Translations under genes and position numbers: made by a program
In this document: one piece after another, positions 10,597 through 20,529 of the stretch
Layout of the letters: each line of letters begins with the position of its first letter
How positions within the stretch are numbered: the stretch's first letter is position 1
Assembly: GCA_043757405.1 (NCBI GenBank)
Contig: JAYVPI010000016.1
Span: 15,623 to 79,622, forward strand
Source: Alphaproteobacteria bacterium
Lineage (GTDB): Bacteria; Pseudomonadota; Alphaproteobacteria; Rickettsiales; 21-14-0-20-44-7
Reading direction: 5' to 3'
Length of the DNA: 64,000 nucleotides
Notes under the pieces: model-generated
Told to the model about the DNA's origin: nothing
The model's input: only the letters and a program-made list of their open reading frames with translations
Databases searched by the model: none

Positions 10597-10893
10597 TTAG
10601 GCCGCTTCTCTTTCTTCATTTGCAGATGGGATCATGCCTAAAGCGGCTTTATAGAGATCCAGCAAAGCATCCTGTTCGTCGCGCTCGGATTCTTCCATTT
10701 TACGCAAGCTTATGATTTTGCGCATGATTTTGCTATCGAAGCCGTTGCCTTTGGCTTCGGCGAAAACTTCTTTGATGTCTTCAGAGATGGTTTTTTTCTC
10801 TTCCTCTAAACGCTCGATGCGTTCGATATATTGACGGAGTGCGTCACCGGCGATGCCGCCGACTGTGGTGGTTTGTGGTTTGCTTTTAGACAT
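10597..10893 (-). CDS. gapR: DUF2312 / GapR-like nucleoid-associated protein
   Basis: [42 protein letters not shown] is typical of the alphaproteobacterial UPF0335 family. GAGGA Shine-Dalgarno lies before the ATG at 10893. Confidence 0.8.
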   Translation of the reverse strand: MSKSKPQTTTVGGIAGDALRQYIERIERLEEEKKTISEDIKEVFAEAKGNGFDSKIMRKIISLRKMEESERDEQDALLDLYKAALGMIPSANEEREAA

Positions 10894-10913
10894 GGTTTTT
10901 CCTCGTTTAAATC

Positions 10914-11002
10914 CGTCATTGCGAGCGAAGCGCGGCAATCCACTGTTCCGGGCTCCAACACTGGATTGCTTCGCCAAATATAGAATTTGTCTCGCAATGA
11001 CG
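10914..11002. repeat. Family A nested-palindrome element
   Basis: CGTCATTGCGAGCGAAGCGCGGCAATCCA ... TGGATTGCTTCGCC ... CTCGCAATGACG. Confidence 0.85.
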
Positions 11003-11006
11003 TTGG

Positions 11007-11867
11007 TTATTTTTCCAGCTTCTTCTCAAAACTGGCGTATAGCTTCAACTTATCAGAAAATTCTGGCGCATCAATAGAGGACTTGTCGCCGAGGAGATAT
11101 TTTTTGATGAACTGCAACATGGCGCTGGCGGTAAGTTCCATGATTTTTACGTCATCAGCGGAGAATTTATTCTGGCGGCGCTGGGCGGCGAAAACCATAT
11201 GATCGGCTTTCTCGAAAATTATCAGATATTGGTCGCTGGAGTTCATGTTATCATATGGAACGCGGCGCTCTGCGGGGTCGAGGAGGCCGAAGGGGGAATC
11301 GTCCTTTTTGCCGGTGATGTGCAGGATGGGGATTTCGATCAGGTCATAGGCTTCTTCAGGGTTTTTGCGTGTGGCGAGAGGGGAAATTACGATGGCGCAT
11401 TTGACGCGGTCGTCCTGGAAATCAATTTCAGTGCCGTCGCGGGAGACGCTTTGTCCGGCGATCGCCATGGTTATATATGATCCAAAACTATGGCCGGCGA
11501 GGGCGACTTTGTTCAGGTTATATGGCATTGCCTTGAACTCCATATAATCGAGCATGAACTGGATGTCTTCGGGGAGAATGTGCAAATATTCAGGATTATT
11601 GGCGGCTTCTTTTAGTTTTTGGAATGGCCGCTCGCCACCCATTAACGAAGCATCTATGCCCATATGCGTGGGGTGGATGGAAACAATCCCGTGGCGGGCG
11701 AGGAATTCGCCGATATATTCATAACTATCACGATCACCGCCAATGCCATGCGAGAAAATCATCACCGGCGCATTTTTCGGCACATCGGGGAGATAAATTT
11801 TTACCGGGATTTTCCGGTCACGGCCTTTGTCTAGCCAGGTTTCGGTGATAGTTTTGGGGTGTTCCAT
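11007..11867 (-). CDS. Alpha/beta hydrolase (dienelactone hydrolase / PAF-acetylhydrolase-like)
   Basis: Nucleophile elbow GHSFGSY. HGIGG oxyanion region. Confidence 0.7.
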   Translation of the reverse strand: MEHPKTITETWLDKGRDRKIPVKIYLPDVPKNAPVMIFSHGIGGDRDSYEYIGEFLARHGIVSIHPTHMGIDASLMGGERPFQKLKEAANNPEYLHILPEDIQFMLDYMEFKAMPYNLNKVALAGHSFGSYITMAIAGQSVSRDGTEIDFQDDRVKCAIVISPLATRKNPEEAYDLIEIPILHITGKKDDSPFGLLDPAERRVPYDNMNSSDQYLIIFEKADHMVFAAQRRQNKFSADDVKIMELTASAMLQFIKKYLLGDKSSIDAPEFSDKLKLYASFEKKLEK

Positions 11868-12128
11868 TCTGCCTTTCTAACAACTTAAATCGTCGCTGCC
11901 AAAGAAATATTTGGGCTATTTGAAAAAACTTCTTGATTTTCTGGTTTTGAATGTCTATAAGATTGGTATGGTATTAGATAGAACATATTCAAAAGCCCTG
12001 AAAACCGCCGTATTTATGCGTGCGGGTGCTATTGTTCGTACCAATTCATACTGTTGTAAATAGTCATTTCTTTAAAGCGGCTTGTAAGTGCAGGCTGTCA
12101 TTTTAATGATTAATTTTTCAGTATTCCA

Positions 12129-12458
12129 ATGTCTAGATTTCCGATTTATTTCCCTGAGAGGGGACAAAGTATATTTTTAGTTTCTTCATTTCTTTTGCTT
12201 ACGGCGTGCGGCTCGATTGGCGGGCCATTAGTATCGAGTGATTTCCCGCCACCGGGCCCGGCGAATTTTGAGAAAGGTATGCTGGACGGTTGCAAAAGCG
12301 CGGCTAGCGCGATTGGCGGGGGCACAGTTTTGGGCGCAGTTTATGATAAAGTTTATCTGGATGTTGAACAAAGCATCAACGACAAAATTTATGCCCGCGC
12401 TTGGGATGATGGTTTTCATTATTGCAAATACTCACTCGATGCGACGCTGCTGACTTAA
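12129..12458 (+). CDS. Small lipoprotein, GWxDGC family (solitary sixth paralog of the 54880-56653 array)
   Basis: Lipobox LLLTAC, then FPPPGPANFEKGMLDGCKSA ... YARAWDDGFHYC. Closest to the 54880 copy. Confidence 0.7.
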   Translation: MSRFPIYFPERGQSIFLVSSFLLLTACGSIGGPLVSSDFPPPGPANFEKGMLDGCKSAASAIGGGTVLGAVYDKVYLDVEQSINDKIYARAWDDGFHYCKYSLDATLLT

Positions 12459-12531
12459 TTCATGCTTGCCCCGGTTTTTAGACGATGAACCGGGGCGGCG
12501 CAAACAACAAATTTTAATAAGGGTTTTTTTT

Positions 12532-13152
12532 ATGACATTACCAACACAATATATCTCTCCTCGTGCAGAAGAGGGCAAACAAGAAGCAATTGGCTTTTTG
12601 CGCCTTCAGCCTGATTTCGTATATGAACTGATTCAGGCAATTAATGTTGCCGAGGAGGGTTTTAGCCCAATACCTGTACCACGCGAAGTTGCTCACTTTT
12701 TAAGAACCATACTTCATGCGGCGGGAGACGAACATGAGTTTGCATTACAGATAATCGGTTTGAGCTATCTCGATAGTTCTATCGTAGAACGTGATGCAGT
12801 CGCTCCTAAATATGAAAAACTTGGTGATGGTCTTGAATTATTAAGACCGTATGTAGAAGAGAGTTTGGATTCCAGATTTTTAATCAAGCAATACGACTTT
12901 TTTATTCAGGAGGCACAACAATTGGTTGGTTCGGAGAATTTCCAAATATTTTCCGGGGAATCATTTGATGAAATCCGTGCACGCAATTTGAATGCAAAAC
13001 TGGGGGCGCTTGATTATGAACTAGACCTCGCTGCAGGATATTCAAGTTGGTCAACTAGGGGCGGGGATAGACATGGTCTTGGCAACTGGGGAGCTAGGCA
13101 CAGGTATGAGCTCGCAGAAAGGAGCCTTGCTGGAAGAGGGGCTTTTGGCTGA
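12532..13152 (+). CDS. Hypothetical protein (206 aa)
   Basis: Long ORF, start trimmed to MTLPTQY. No family recognised. Confidence 0.5.
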   Translation: MTLPTQYISPRAEEGKQEAIGFLRLQPDFVYELIQAINVAEEGFSPIPVPREVAHFLRTILHAAGDEHEFALQIIGLSYLDSSIVERDAVAPKYEKLGDGLELLRPYVEESLDSRFLIKQYDFFIQEAQQLVGSENFQIFSGESFDEIRARNLNAKLGALDYELDLAAGYSSWSTRGGDRHGLGNWGARHRYELAERSLAGRGAFG

Positions 13153-14658
13153 TTACTTTTCCAGCTTGTTCAACGCGTTAATGTAGGCCTTGGCGCTGGC
13201 GACCATTGTATCTACATCGGCAGAGTTGCCGGTGTAGGTGCGGCCTTTTTTGGTTTCCAGGCGGACGGTTACTTCTGCTTGCGCATCAGTTCCGGCAGTG
13301 ACGGCGTGGACTTGGTATAATTTCAAACTAGCTTGCTCGCCGCAGATTTTTTTGATGGCTTTGAATACGGCATCGACCGGGCCGTTGCCTTTTGTGCTGG
13401 CTTTTTTGGTTTTGCCTTCGATGATTAATTCCAAATCGGCGCTTTGGCCCGCGGAACCGGCTATTACGCGCAAGGATTTGAACTTGATGCGTTGCTCTTT
13501 GGCTTCGGATTCGCCGTCGATTATGGCAAGGATATCTTCATCAAAGATTTCTTTTTTCTTATCAGCCAAATCCTTGAAGCGCGCGAAGGCGTCATTTAAG
13601 GAATTATCACCGAGTTCAAAACCGAGTGATTTTAATTTGCTTTTGAAAGCGTGACGGCCGGATAATTTGCCGAGTGGGAGTTTGTTGGTTTCTAAGCCAA
13701 TTGATTTCGGCGTCATGATTTCATAAGTTTCCGGGTTTTCTAGAACGCCGTGCTGGTGGATGCCGCTCTCATGCGCGAAAGCATTGGCGCCGACGATGGC
13801 TTTGTTGTTTTGGATGATAAAGCCGGTGAAGTTGCTGACCTGGCGCGAGATGCGGGCGATGTGCTCGGTGACGACATTCACTTTATAGGGCAGGAAATCA
13901 TTGCGGGTTTTGATGGCCATGACGACTTCTTCCAATGCGGTATTGCCTGCGCGTTCGCCGATGCCGTTGATGGTGCATTCAATTTGGCGCGCTCCGGCTT
14001 TGATGGCGGCGAGCGAATTGGCGGTGGCCATGCCGAGATCATTCTGGCAGTGGACGGAGATTATTGCTTTGTCGATATTGCTGACATTGTTTTTGATTTT
14101 GGCAATCAGCGCTGCATATTCTTCAGGAATTGTGAAGCCGACCGTATCGGGAATATTCACGGTTGTCGCGCCATATTTGATGGCGGTTTCAAGGGCTTTG
14201 AACAGGAAATCGTGGTCTGAGCGGGTGGCGTCCATCGCGCTCCACTCGATATTGTCGGTATATTTTCTGGCCTGGGTGACGATTTTTTTGATTGATTCCA
14301 GCACTTCCGCCTTCGTCATCTTGAATTGGTATTTCAAATGAATATCGGAGGTGGAAATGAAAGTGTGGATGCGGCCATTCTTCGCCGGTTTTACAGCTTC
14401 CCCCGCCAAATCAATATCGCCTTCGCGGTGGCGTGCGAGTGAGCAGACTTGGGCGAATTTGGTGCGTTTGGCGATCTGGTTGACCGCTTCCCAATCACCT
14501 TTTGAGGCGGCGGCGAATCCCGCTTCGATGACATCGACTTTCATCCGGTCGAGGCTTTCCGCCACGGCGAGCTTTTGCTCAACCGTCATCGCCGCGCCGG
14601 CGGATTGTTCGCCATCGCGCAAAGTGGTGTCAAAAATGATGATTTGGTCTTGTTTCAT
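13153..14658 (-). CDS. leuA: 2-isopropylmalate synthase
   Basis: TTLRDGEQS, VHCQNDLGMATANS and a C-terminal LeuA dimerisation/regulatory domain. Confidence 0.95.
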   Translation of the reverse strand: MKQDQIIIFDTTLRDGEQSAGAAMTVEQKLAVAESLDRMKVDVIEAGFAAASKGDWEAVNQIAKRTKFAQVCSLARHREGDIDLAGEAVKPAKNGRIHTFISTSDIHLKYQFKMTKAEVLESIKKIVTQARKYTDNIEWSAMDATRSDHDFLFKALETAIKYGATTVNIPDTVGFTIPEEYAALIAKIKNNVSNIDKAIISVHCQNDLGMATANSLAAIKAGARQIECTINGIGERAGNTALEEVVMAIKTRNDFLPYKVNVVTEHIARISRQVSNFTGFIIQNNKAIVGANAFAHESGIHQHGVLENPETYEIMTPKSIGLETNKLPLGKLSGRHAFKSKLKSLGFELGDNSLNDAFARFKDLADKKKEIFDEDILAIIDGESEAKEQRIKFKSLRVIAGSAGQSADLELIIEGKTKKASTKGNGPVDAVFKAIKKICGEQASLKLYQVHAVTAGTDAQAEVTVRLETKKGRTYTGNSADVDTMVASAKAYINALNKLEK

Positions 14659-14781
14659 AGGGCACCTTGATAGCAATAATTCGCAAAACAGGCAATAAAT
14701 TAAGATTTTAGATAAGTTTCATGAAACTGTCATATTAGAGGAGTATTATAGTGTTGTAATGATTACATATAGGAATCTCCT

Positions 14782-14955
14782 ATGGCAGAGCCGGTGAATG
14801 TTGGCGAAATTAACAAGTTAAATAATGGCCTTGTCGCGGCGGCACATTTAGCAGCGGCTCTTAGAATTAATCTCGATTTCAAACCCGCGCAAATGGCTGA
14901 AAAACCGGAAGTGGTTGATAAGGTCCGTAGTAACAAAAAACACCAGGTCTCGTAA
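14782..14955 (+). CDS. Small hypothetical protein (57 aa), first gene of a four-gene orphan operon
   Basis: ATG-initiated ORF below the ORF-track cutoff. Its stop is 1 nt before the next ATG. Confidence 0.35.
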   Translation: MAEPVNVGEINKLNNGLVAAAHLAAALRINLDFKPAQMAEKPEVVDKVRSNKKHQVS

Positions 14956-14956
14956 T

Positions 14957-15202
14957 ATGAACCAGGATTTCATCAGGAATGTTCGAGCATTGGTGATGGA
15001 TAATGAGGGAATGGCCTGGCAGTTCCGCAAAGGGCAAGATCAGGAAGCGGTGGAAGGAGATGTTACCAATCAAATTTTGAAAAAATATCGCGGCAATCCT
15101 GTTGCTGATACAAGATATAAGGGCAATGGCGCATATGGGGATTTGGAGCCGCAACAGAAAGCGGCGATTGATATATATTTAATGGATATGATTAAGTTGT
15201 GA
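14957..15202 (+). CDS. Hypothetical protein (81 aa)
   Basis: ORF MNQDFIRNV..., packed 1 nt from both neighbours. Confidence 0.45.
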   Translation: MNQDFIRNVRALVMDNEGMAWQFRKGQDQEAVEGDVTNQILKKYRGNPVADTRYKGNGAYGDLEPQQKAAIDIYLMDMIKL

Positions 15203-15203
15203 A

Positions 15204-15458
15204 ATGACTAAGGATATACAACCAGCAAAAATAAACGCGGCGCGTGATGATATCGCGGGCAATAGCAAATTGCTGGCAAAGATTACTGAGCAGATAAACG
15301 CGAGGATTGAGAAACAAGTTTGTCAGGCATATCTGAAACCGCAATTAAACGGAATGGATTTTGACAAACTTTCAATGCATGAAAATCCTAAAGCCGAAAT
15401 TGGCAGGATGTTTTCTCCTCTCCCGGGTGGCAAAGGTGGGCCGCATGTGCTCGGTTAA
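15204..15458 (+). CDS. Hypothetical protein (84 aa)
   Basis: ORF starts 1 nt after the preceding stop. No family recognised. Confidence 0.45.
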   Translation: MTKDIQPAKINAARDDIAGNSKLLAKITEQINARIEKQVCQAYLKPQLNGMDFDKLSMHENPKAEIGRMFSPLPGGKGGPHVLG

Positions 15459-15532
15459 TTAATTTATAATTTCATTGCTAAATTCGCCGTAATAAATAAA
15501 ATCACTTATCAGATTTTAATTGCGAGGTAGCG

Positions 15533-15937
15533 ATGGCTGAAGATATTTCCAAAACTAATAAACGGCTTTATGAATATGTCTTGCCTATGGTTAGGGCAAT
15601 TAATGAAGAAGGGCATAATGCCTTAAATAAAAAGCTGGATGAGAATAACATAATAATCGTCGCTAAATCCGTGACTTATAGTCTCGATAAATTTAGCGAT
15701 CCGAAACATCAGGAATACAAAAATTTAGTAGCCGGGGCATCACAAGAAGCGTTTGATAAAGTGGTGGGGACAAGGGAAGTTTTGGATATGATAGATACGC
15801 TGGCGCATTATAATATTGATGAAAGAATCAGGGATAAGAACCCAACGAAAAGAACTTCACCAATATCTACAGCCAGTGTAGCGCCGTTAATGTTGGGGTC
15901 GGTGTTGGTAGCTAGTAGGGAAAATGAGTTAACTTAA
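15533..15937 (+). CDS. Hypothetical protein (134 aa) with C-terminal hydrophobic tail
   Basis: GAGG Shine-Dalgarno before the ATG. The C-terminal segment [18 protein letters not shown] suggests a tail anchor. Confidence 0.5.
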   Translation: MAEDISKTNKRLYEYVLPMVRAINEEGHNALNKKLDENNIIIVAKSVTYSLDKFSDPKHQEYKNLVAGASQEAFDKVVGTREVLDMIDTLAHYNIDERIRDKNPTKRTSPISTASVAPLMLGSVLVASRENELT

Positions 15938-16585
15938 TAAACTATTGATATAATCCGGTAGTTTTTCCCCGGCTTTGCCGTGGATTCTTTTGTCGAAATA
16001 GGGGCTGGATGTTGGCTCTAAGTTGATTTCCACTGTTTCCGCGCCTGCGCTTTTTGCTTCCATTGCGAAACCGGCGGCGGGGTAGACATTGCCGGAGGTG
16101 CCGATCGAAATGAATAAGTCGCATTCGCGCAAGGCATCGTAAATTCGTTCCATCTCAAACGGCATTTCGCCGAACCAAACTATGTGTGGGCGGAACTCGA
16201 TGCCGGATAAATCTTCATGGCAATCAGATACTTTGCCGCTGGTTGTGCAGCGTTTCTTCAGGATTTCGCCGTGCATGTGGATGAGGTTTTTACTGCCAGC
16301 GCGTTCGTGGAGATCGTCGATATTTTGGGTGACGAGGAGGAAGTTATGCGGCCATTTTGCCTCCAGTTCCGCCAGGGCAAAATGAGCGGCGTTTGGTTTT
16401 ACGGTCTTTATCTGTTCGCGGCGGGTGTTATAGAACCTTTGCACCAATGCATGGTCACGCTCAAAAGCTTCCGGCGTAGCCACATCTTCAACACGGTGAT
16501 CTTCCCACAAACCATCGGCGGCGCGAAAGGTTTTAATGCCGCTCTCGGCGGAAATTCCGGCGCCGGTGAGAATGACGATGTTCAT
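15929..16585 (-). CDS. cobB: NAD-dependent protein deacylase (sirtuin)
   Basis: [22 protein letters not shown] and HG motifs. Start trimmed to MNIVILTG; the upstream extension is heptamer-repeat-encoded. Confidence 0.85.
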   Translation of the reverse strand: MNIVILTGAGISAESGIKTFRAADGLWEDHRVEDVATPEAFERDHALVQRFYNTRREQIKTVKPNAAHFALAELEAKWPHNFLLVTQNIDDLHERAGSKNLIHMHGEILKKRCTTSGKVSDCHEDLSGIEFRPHIVWFGEMPFEMERIYDALRECDLFISIGTSGNVYPAAGFAMEAKSAGAETVEINLEPTSSPYFDKRIHGKAGEKLPDYINSLLS

Positions 16586-16588
16586 ATT

Positions 16589-16670
16589 TTTCGGTTTTGG
16601 GTTGTGGGTTTTGGGTGTTGGGGAAGGAAGAAAAACCCTAAAACCCAAAACCTACAACCCAACACCGAAA
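16589..16670. repeat. Family B hairpin built from GGTTTTG-type heptamers
   Basis: The ~35-nt arms TTTCGGTTTTGGGTTGTGGGTTTTGGGTGTTGGGG and CCCTAAAACCCAAAACCTACAACCCAACACCGAAA fill the phoB-stop to cobB-start gap. Confidence 0.85.
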
Positions 16671-16671
16671 C

Positions 16672-17376
16672 TTACTTCGTATCATCCAACGCATAACCAG
16701 CTGATCTAACTGTGCGGATCAGATCTTCCATTCCCGGCACTACTTCCAGCGCTTTGCGGAGGCGGCGGATGTGGACGTCTACGGTGCGGAGTTCGACGTA
16801 AATATCATTGCCCCAAATGCCATCAAGCAATTGCTCGCGGGTGAAGACGCGTTTTGGGTGTTCCATGAAGTGGCGCAGGAGTTTGAATTCCGTGGGGCCG
16901 AGATGGACTTCGTTGGTGTTGCGGGTAACTTTGTGGGTGGAAAGATCCATGATAATATCGGCGAATTTCAAACTCTCTTTTGAGAATGCCGGGCGGATGC
17001 GGCGCAGGACTGCGCGTATACGGGCGATTAATTCCGCTGGGGAGAAAGGTTTGATGATGTAGTCATCAGCCCCGTAATCCAGGCCCATTAATTTGTCAGC
17101 TTCTTCGCCGCGGGCGGTGACCATGATGATTGGGATGTTGCGGGTTTTATCGGAATGGCGGAGGCGGCGGCAGATTTCGATGCCGGAAACATTAGGAAGC
17201 ATCCAATCGAGAAGTATGATGTCCGGGCGTTCTGACTCAACCATGTGGACAGCTTCGGCGCCATCATCAATATGCACGGCATTAAAGCCTTCGGCCTTCA
17301 AATTATATTTCAGCATCGCGGCGATGGCTTCGTCGTCCTCGACTACCAAAACTTTTGCGTTCATGTCTACTGCCAT
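16672..17376 (-). CDS. phoB: Phosphate regulon response regulator (OmpR family)
   Basis: Receiver domain (VLVVEDDEAI ... ILLDWMLP) plus winged helix (VDVHIRRLRKAL). It lies next to pstB. GGAG Shine-Dalgarno before the ATG. Confidence 0.85.
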   Translation of the reverse strand: MAVDMNAKVLVVEDDEAIAAMLKYNLKAEGFNAVHIDDGAEAVHMVESERPDIILLDWMLPNVSGIEICRRLRHSDKTRNIPIIMVTARGEEADKLMGLDYGADDYIIKPFSPAELIARIRAVLRRIRPAFSKESLKFADIIMDLSTHKVTRNTNEVHLGPTEFKLLRHFMEHPKRVFTREQLLDGIWGNDIYVELRTVDVHIRRLRKALEVVPGMEDLIRTVRSAGYALDDTK

Positions 17377-17387
17377 TCTATTCTCCA

Positions 17388-17460
17388 GTCATTAGTCATT
17401 AGTTATTAGTCATTAGATATATTATTTTTCCTAATGACTTGCAACTAATGACTAATGACT
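17388..17460. repeat. Family B hairpin built from AGTCATT heptamers
   Basis: The 30-nt arms are complementary except for 4 nt. It fills the pstB-stop to phoB-start gap. Confidence 0.85.
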
Positions 17461-17462
17461 CA

Positions 17463-18236
17463 TCAACCATAGCGTCCGGTTATATAATCCTGTGTCTGTT
17501 TAAATTGCGGGTTGGTAAAGATAATATCCGTATCATTATATTCCACAATCTTTCCGAGGTGGAAAAAGGCGGTTTTTTGGGAAACTCTTGCGGCCTGTTG
17601 CATGGAATGGGTGACGATGACGATGGTGAAGTTCTTTTTCAGCTCGTCGATTAGGGTTTCAATTTTGGCGGTGGCGATGGGGTCGAGGGCGCTACATGGT
17701 TCATCCATAAGGATAATTTCGGGCTGGACGGCGATGGTGCGGGCGATGCACAGGCGCTGCTGCTGGCCGCCGGAGAGGCTGGTTCCGGATTCGGCGAGGC
17801 GGTCTTTGACCTCTTCCCACAAGCCGGCGCGGATGAGGCTTTTTTCAACCAGCTCATTCAAATCGGTTTTGCCTTTGACCAAACCGTGGATGCGCGGGCC
17901 ATAGGCGACGTTGTCAAAGATGGATTTGGGGAACGGATTCGGTTTTTGGAAAACCATGCCGATTTTGGCGCGAAGTTCGACGACATCGACATCAGGATTG
18001 TAGATATTGCGGCCGTCGAAAGTGACATCGCCGATAATCTTGCAGCCTTCGATCGTATCATTCATGCGGTTGATGCAGCGGAGGAATGTAGATTTGCCGC
18101 AGCCGGACGGGCCGATCAGCGCGGTGACGGTGTGTTCGGGGATATCGAGATTAACATCATACAACGCCTGTTTTTCCCCGTAGAAGAGGTTGAGGTTGCG
18201 GATTTGTATCTTATTTTTATTACCAGCGGCGTTCAT
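17463..18236 (-). CDS. pstB: Phosphate ABC transporter ATP-binding protein
   Basis: [18 protein letters not shown], and the PstB-typical C-terminus YITGRYG. Confidence 0.95.
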   Translation of the reverse strand: MNAAGNKNKIQIRNLNLFYGEKQALYDVNLDIPEHTVTALIGPSGCGKSTFLRCINRMNDTIEGCKIIGDVTFDGRNIYNPDVDVVELRAKIGMVFQKPNPFPKSIFDNVAYGPRIHGLVKGKTDLNELVEKSLIRAGLWEEVKDRLAESGTSLSGGQQQRLCIARTIAVQPEIILMDEPCSALDPIATAKIETLIDELKKNFTIVIVTHSMQQAARVSQKTAFFHLGKIVEYNDTDIIFTNPQFKQTQDYITGRYG

Positions 18237-19392
18237 ATTTCCTGCGAATCCAGACGGCGATTATATTCAAGACAATTAGAATGACCAGCAAAACCATGAT
18301 GGCGGCGGCGGTTTTTTCGACGAAGCCGGGCTGGTTGTTTTTGCTCCAGAGGTAGATTTGCACAGGCATGGCGGTGGCGGGGTCGGTGAATTTGTGGGGG
18401 ATATCGGCGATGAAGGCGACCATGCCGATCATGAGCAGCGGTGCAGTTTCGCCCATGGCGCGGGCGATGCCGATGATGGTGCCGGTCATAATGCCGGGCA
18501 TGGACAGGGGCAATGTGTGGTGCATCACCACCTGCAAAGGTGAAGCTCCGAGGGCGGTGGCGGCTTGGCGGATGCTGGGGGGGACGGCTTTGATGCTGGC
18601 GCGGGTGGCGATGATGATGATGGGGATGACCATGAGGGCGAGCGTCATGCCGCCGACTAATGGGGCGGAGCGGGGGAGGCCGAAGAAATTGAGGTAAACC
18701 GCGAGGCCGAGGAGGCCGAAGACGATTGAGGGGACGGCGGCGAGGTTGTTGATATTGATTTCAAGAAAATCGGTGAAGTAGTTTTTTGGTGCAAATTCTT
18801 CCAAATAAATGGCGGTCATGATGCCGACCGGTAACGCGATTATCATGCACGAAAGGAGCAGGAAGATTGTGCCGATGAAGGCACCGGCGATACCGGCGCT
18901 TTCCGGTTCCTGGCTATCACTATTGGTAAAAAAGCCCCAGTTGAATTTGCTGGTGATCAGTCCTTTTTCGCGCAACTCGGAAATGTATTTTTGTTGTTTC
19001 TCGCTCAAATCGCGTTCGCCGCTGCGGTAGTAAATATCGATTTTCTGATCGGCAGGTAGCCAAACGGCTTTGCTTTGACCGGCGAGATTTGAATATTTTT
19101 CTAATACAAATTTGGCGTCGGCGGCGATTAGGTGATAAAGCTCGGCTTTGTCATCATGTCCGGTGACGGTTGGGAATTCACGGTCGAGGGAATCGCGGAT
19201 TATTTTGGCGTAATTGCCGCTATCATCAAAAGTGAGGTTTAATTTGATGCGCGTTTGCATGAAGCCGCCGGAGCCGGTGGAAATGATTGTGTAAAGTAGA
19301 AAAAGCAGGAATAGGAAAGATAGATAAATCGCGCCGAGGCCGAAATATTTGAAGTTCTTATCCTTGCGGTGGCGCTTTTTTAAATTAGTCAT
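18220..19392 (-). CDS. pstA: Phosphate ABC transporter permease PstA (long form)
   Basis: Multi-TM permease with an EAA-like loop [11 protein letters not shown]. Overlaps pstB and pstC. Confidence 0.9.
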   Translation of the reverse strand: MTNLKKRHRKDKNFKYFGLGAIYLSFLFLLFLLYTIISTGSGGFMQTRIKLNLTFDDSGNYAKIIRDSLDREFPTVTGHDDKAELYHLIAADAKFVLEKYSNLAGQSKAVWLPADQKIDIYYRSGERDLSEKQQKYISELREKGLITSKFNWGFFTNSDSQEPESAGIAGAFIGTIFLLLSCMIIALPVGIMTAIYLEEFAPKNYFTDFLEININNLAAVPSIVFGLLGLAVYLNFFGLPRSAPLVGGMTLALMVIPIIIIATRASIKAVPPSIRQAATALGASPLQVVMHHTLPLSMPGIMTGTIIGIARAMGETAPLLMIGMVAFIADIPHKFTDPATAMPVQIYLWSKNNQPGFVEKTAAAIMVLLVILIVLNIIAVWIRRKYERRW

Positions 19393-20389
19393 ATTTCTCG
19401 CGGTATTTTTTGACGATTAACAATGCGACGACGTTTAAGGCCAGGGTTACGAAGAATAAGGTGAGGCCGAGGGCGAAGGCGGCGAGGGTTTTGGCGCTGT
19501 CAAATTCCTGGTCGCCGGTTAGTAGGGTCACGATTTGGACAGTGACGGTGGTGACGGATTGCAAGGGGTTAATGGTCATATTAGCGGAAAGGCCGGCGGC
19601 CATTACGACGATCATGGTTTCACCAATGGCGCGGGAAATGGCGAGTAATAATGCGCCCATAATGCCTGGTAATGCCGCGGGGATAACTACCTGGCGGATG
19701 GTTTCGGATTTGGTGGCGCCGAGGCCGTAGGATGCATCGCGCAAACTTTGCGGTACGGCGTTGATGACGTCGTCGGAGAGGGAAAGGACATAAGGGATTA
19801 TCATGATTCCCATTACTAAACCGGCGGCGAGTGCGGATTCGGAGGCGATGGGAATACCGATATTATCGCCCAGGTTGCGTAATGCGGGAGCTACGGTAAT
19901 AGCGGCGAAATAGCCATAGACTACCGTGGGGATACCGGCGAGGATTTCGAGGGCGGGTTTTACATATGAGCGAAATCTTTTGGTGCCATATTCGGCTAAA
20001 TAAATGGCGGAGAAAATTCCCAATGGTCCGGCGACGAAGATGGCGATTGCCGTGATGAGGAGAGTGCCGACGAATAACGGCAGGGCGCCGAATGCGCCGG
20101 AGGAGCCGCCCTGGTCAGAGCGCATGGCGATTTGCGGGCTCCATTTTGTGCCGAAGAGGAAATCGAAAACGGGGACTTGTTTGAGAAAACGGACGGATTC
20201 AAAAATTACGGAGAGGAGAATTGAGAAGGTGATGTAGATGGTGAAGATCGTTGCGACTACCAGCAATAATTTGATGATTCTTTCATTGATGCTGATGGTT
20301 TGGAAATGGGGTGTGGTGCGATAGAGTGTGAACAGGCTCGCGGCTGTGAAAAGAAGGATTACGGCGGTGATTATTTGCGTCGATACCAT
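19385..20389 (-). CDS. pstC: Phosphate ABC transporter permease PstC
   Basis: Multi-TM permease, SRAIGETM loop, operon position. Confidence 0.9.
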   Translation of the reverse strand: MVSTQIITAVILLFTAASLFTLYRTTPHFQTISINERIIKLLLVVATIFTIYITFSILLSVIFESVRFLKQVPVFDFLFGTKWSPQIAMRSDQGGSSGAFGALPLFVGTLLITAIAIFVAGPLGIFSAIYLAEYGTKRFRSYVKPALEILAGIPTVVYGYFAAITVAPALRNLGDNIGIPIASESALAAGLVMGIMIIPYVLSLSDDVINAVPQSLRDASYGLGATKSETIRQVVIPAALPGIMGALLLAISRAIGETMIVVMAAGLSANMTINPLQSVTTVTVQIVTLLTGDQEFDSAKTLAAFALGLTLFFVTLALNVVALLIVKKYREKYD

Positions 20390-20449
20390 CGCCGGTACTT
20401 ATAGTGGGGTGATGGCGGAGAGGCAATAGGTAAAATAGTAATATAAATC

Positions 20450-20520
20450 GTTATTGCAGGCTAGACCCGCAATCTATTTCCGACGCCTGAGTTGAGATTG
20501 CGGGTCTAGCCTGCAATGAC
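20450..20520. repeat. Family A nested-palindrome element
   Basis: GTTATTGCAGGCTAGACCCGCAATCT ... AGATTGCGGGTCTAGCCTGCAATGAC. Confidence 0.8.
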
Positions 20521-20529
20521 AATGAGGTT

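Noticed and set aside
15929-16585. Sir2-domain gene next to an orphan operon, considered as a possible SIR2-based defence system
   Set aside because: It is a compact stand-alone sirtuin with canonical CobB motifs and length. It has no fused or adjacent effector or sensor domains, and it is convergent with the orphan operon rather than co-transcribed.
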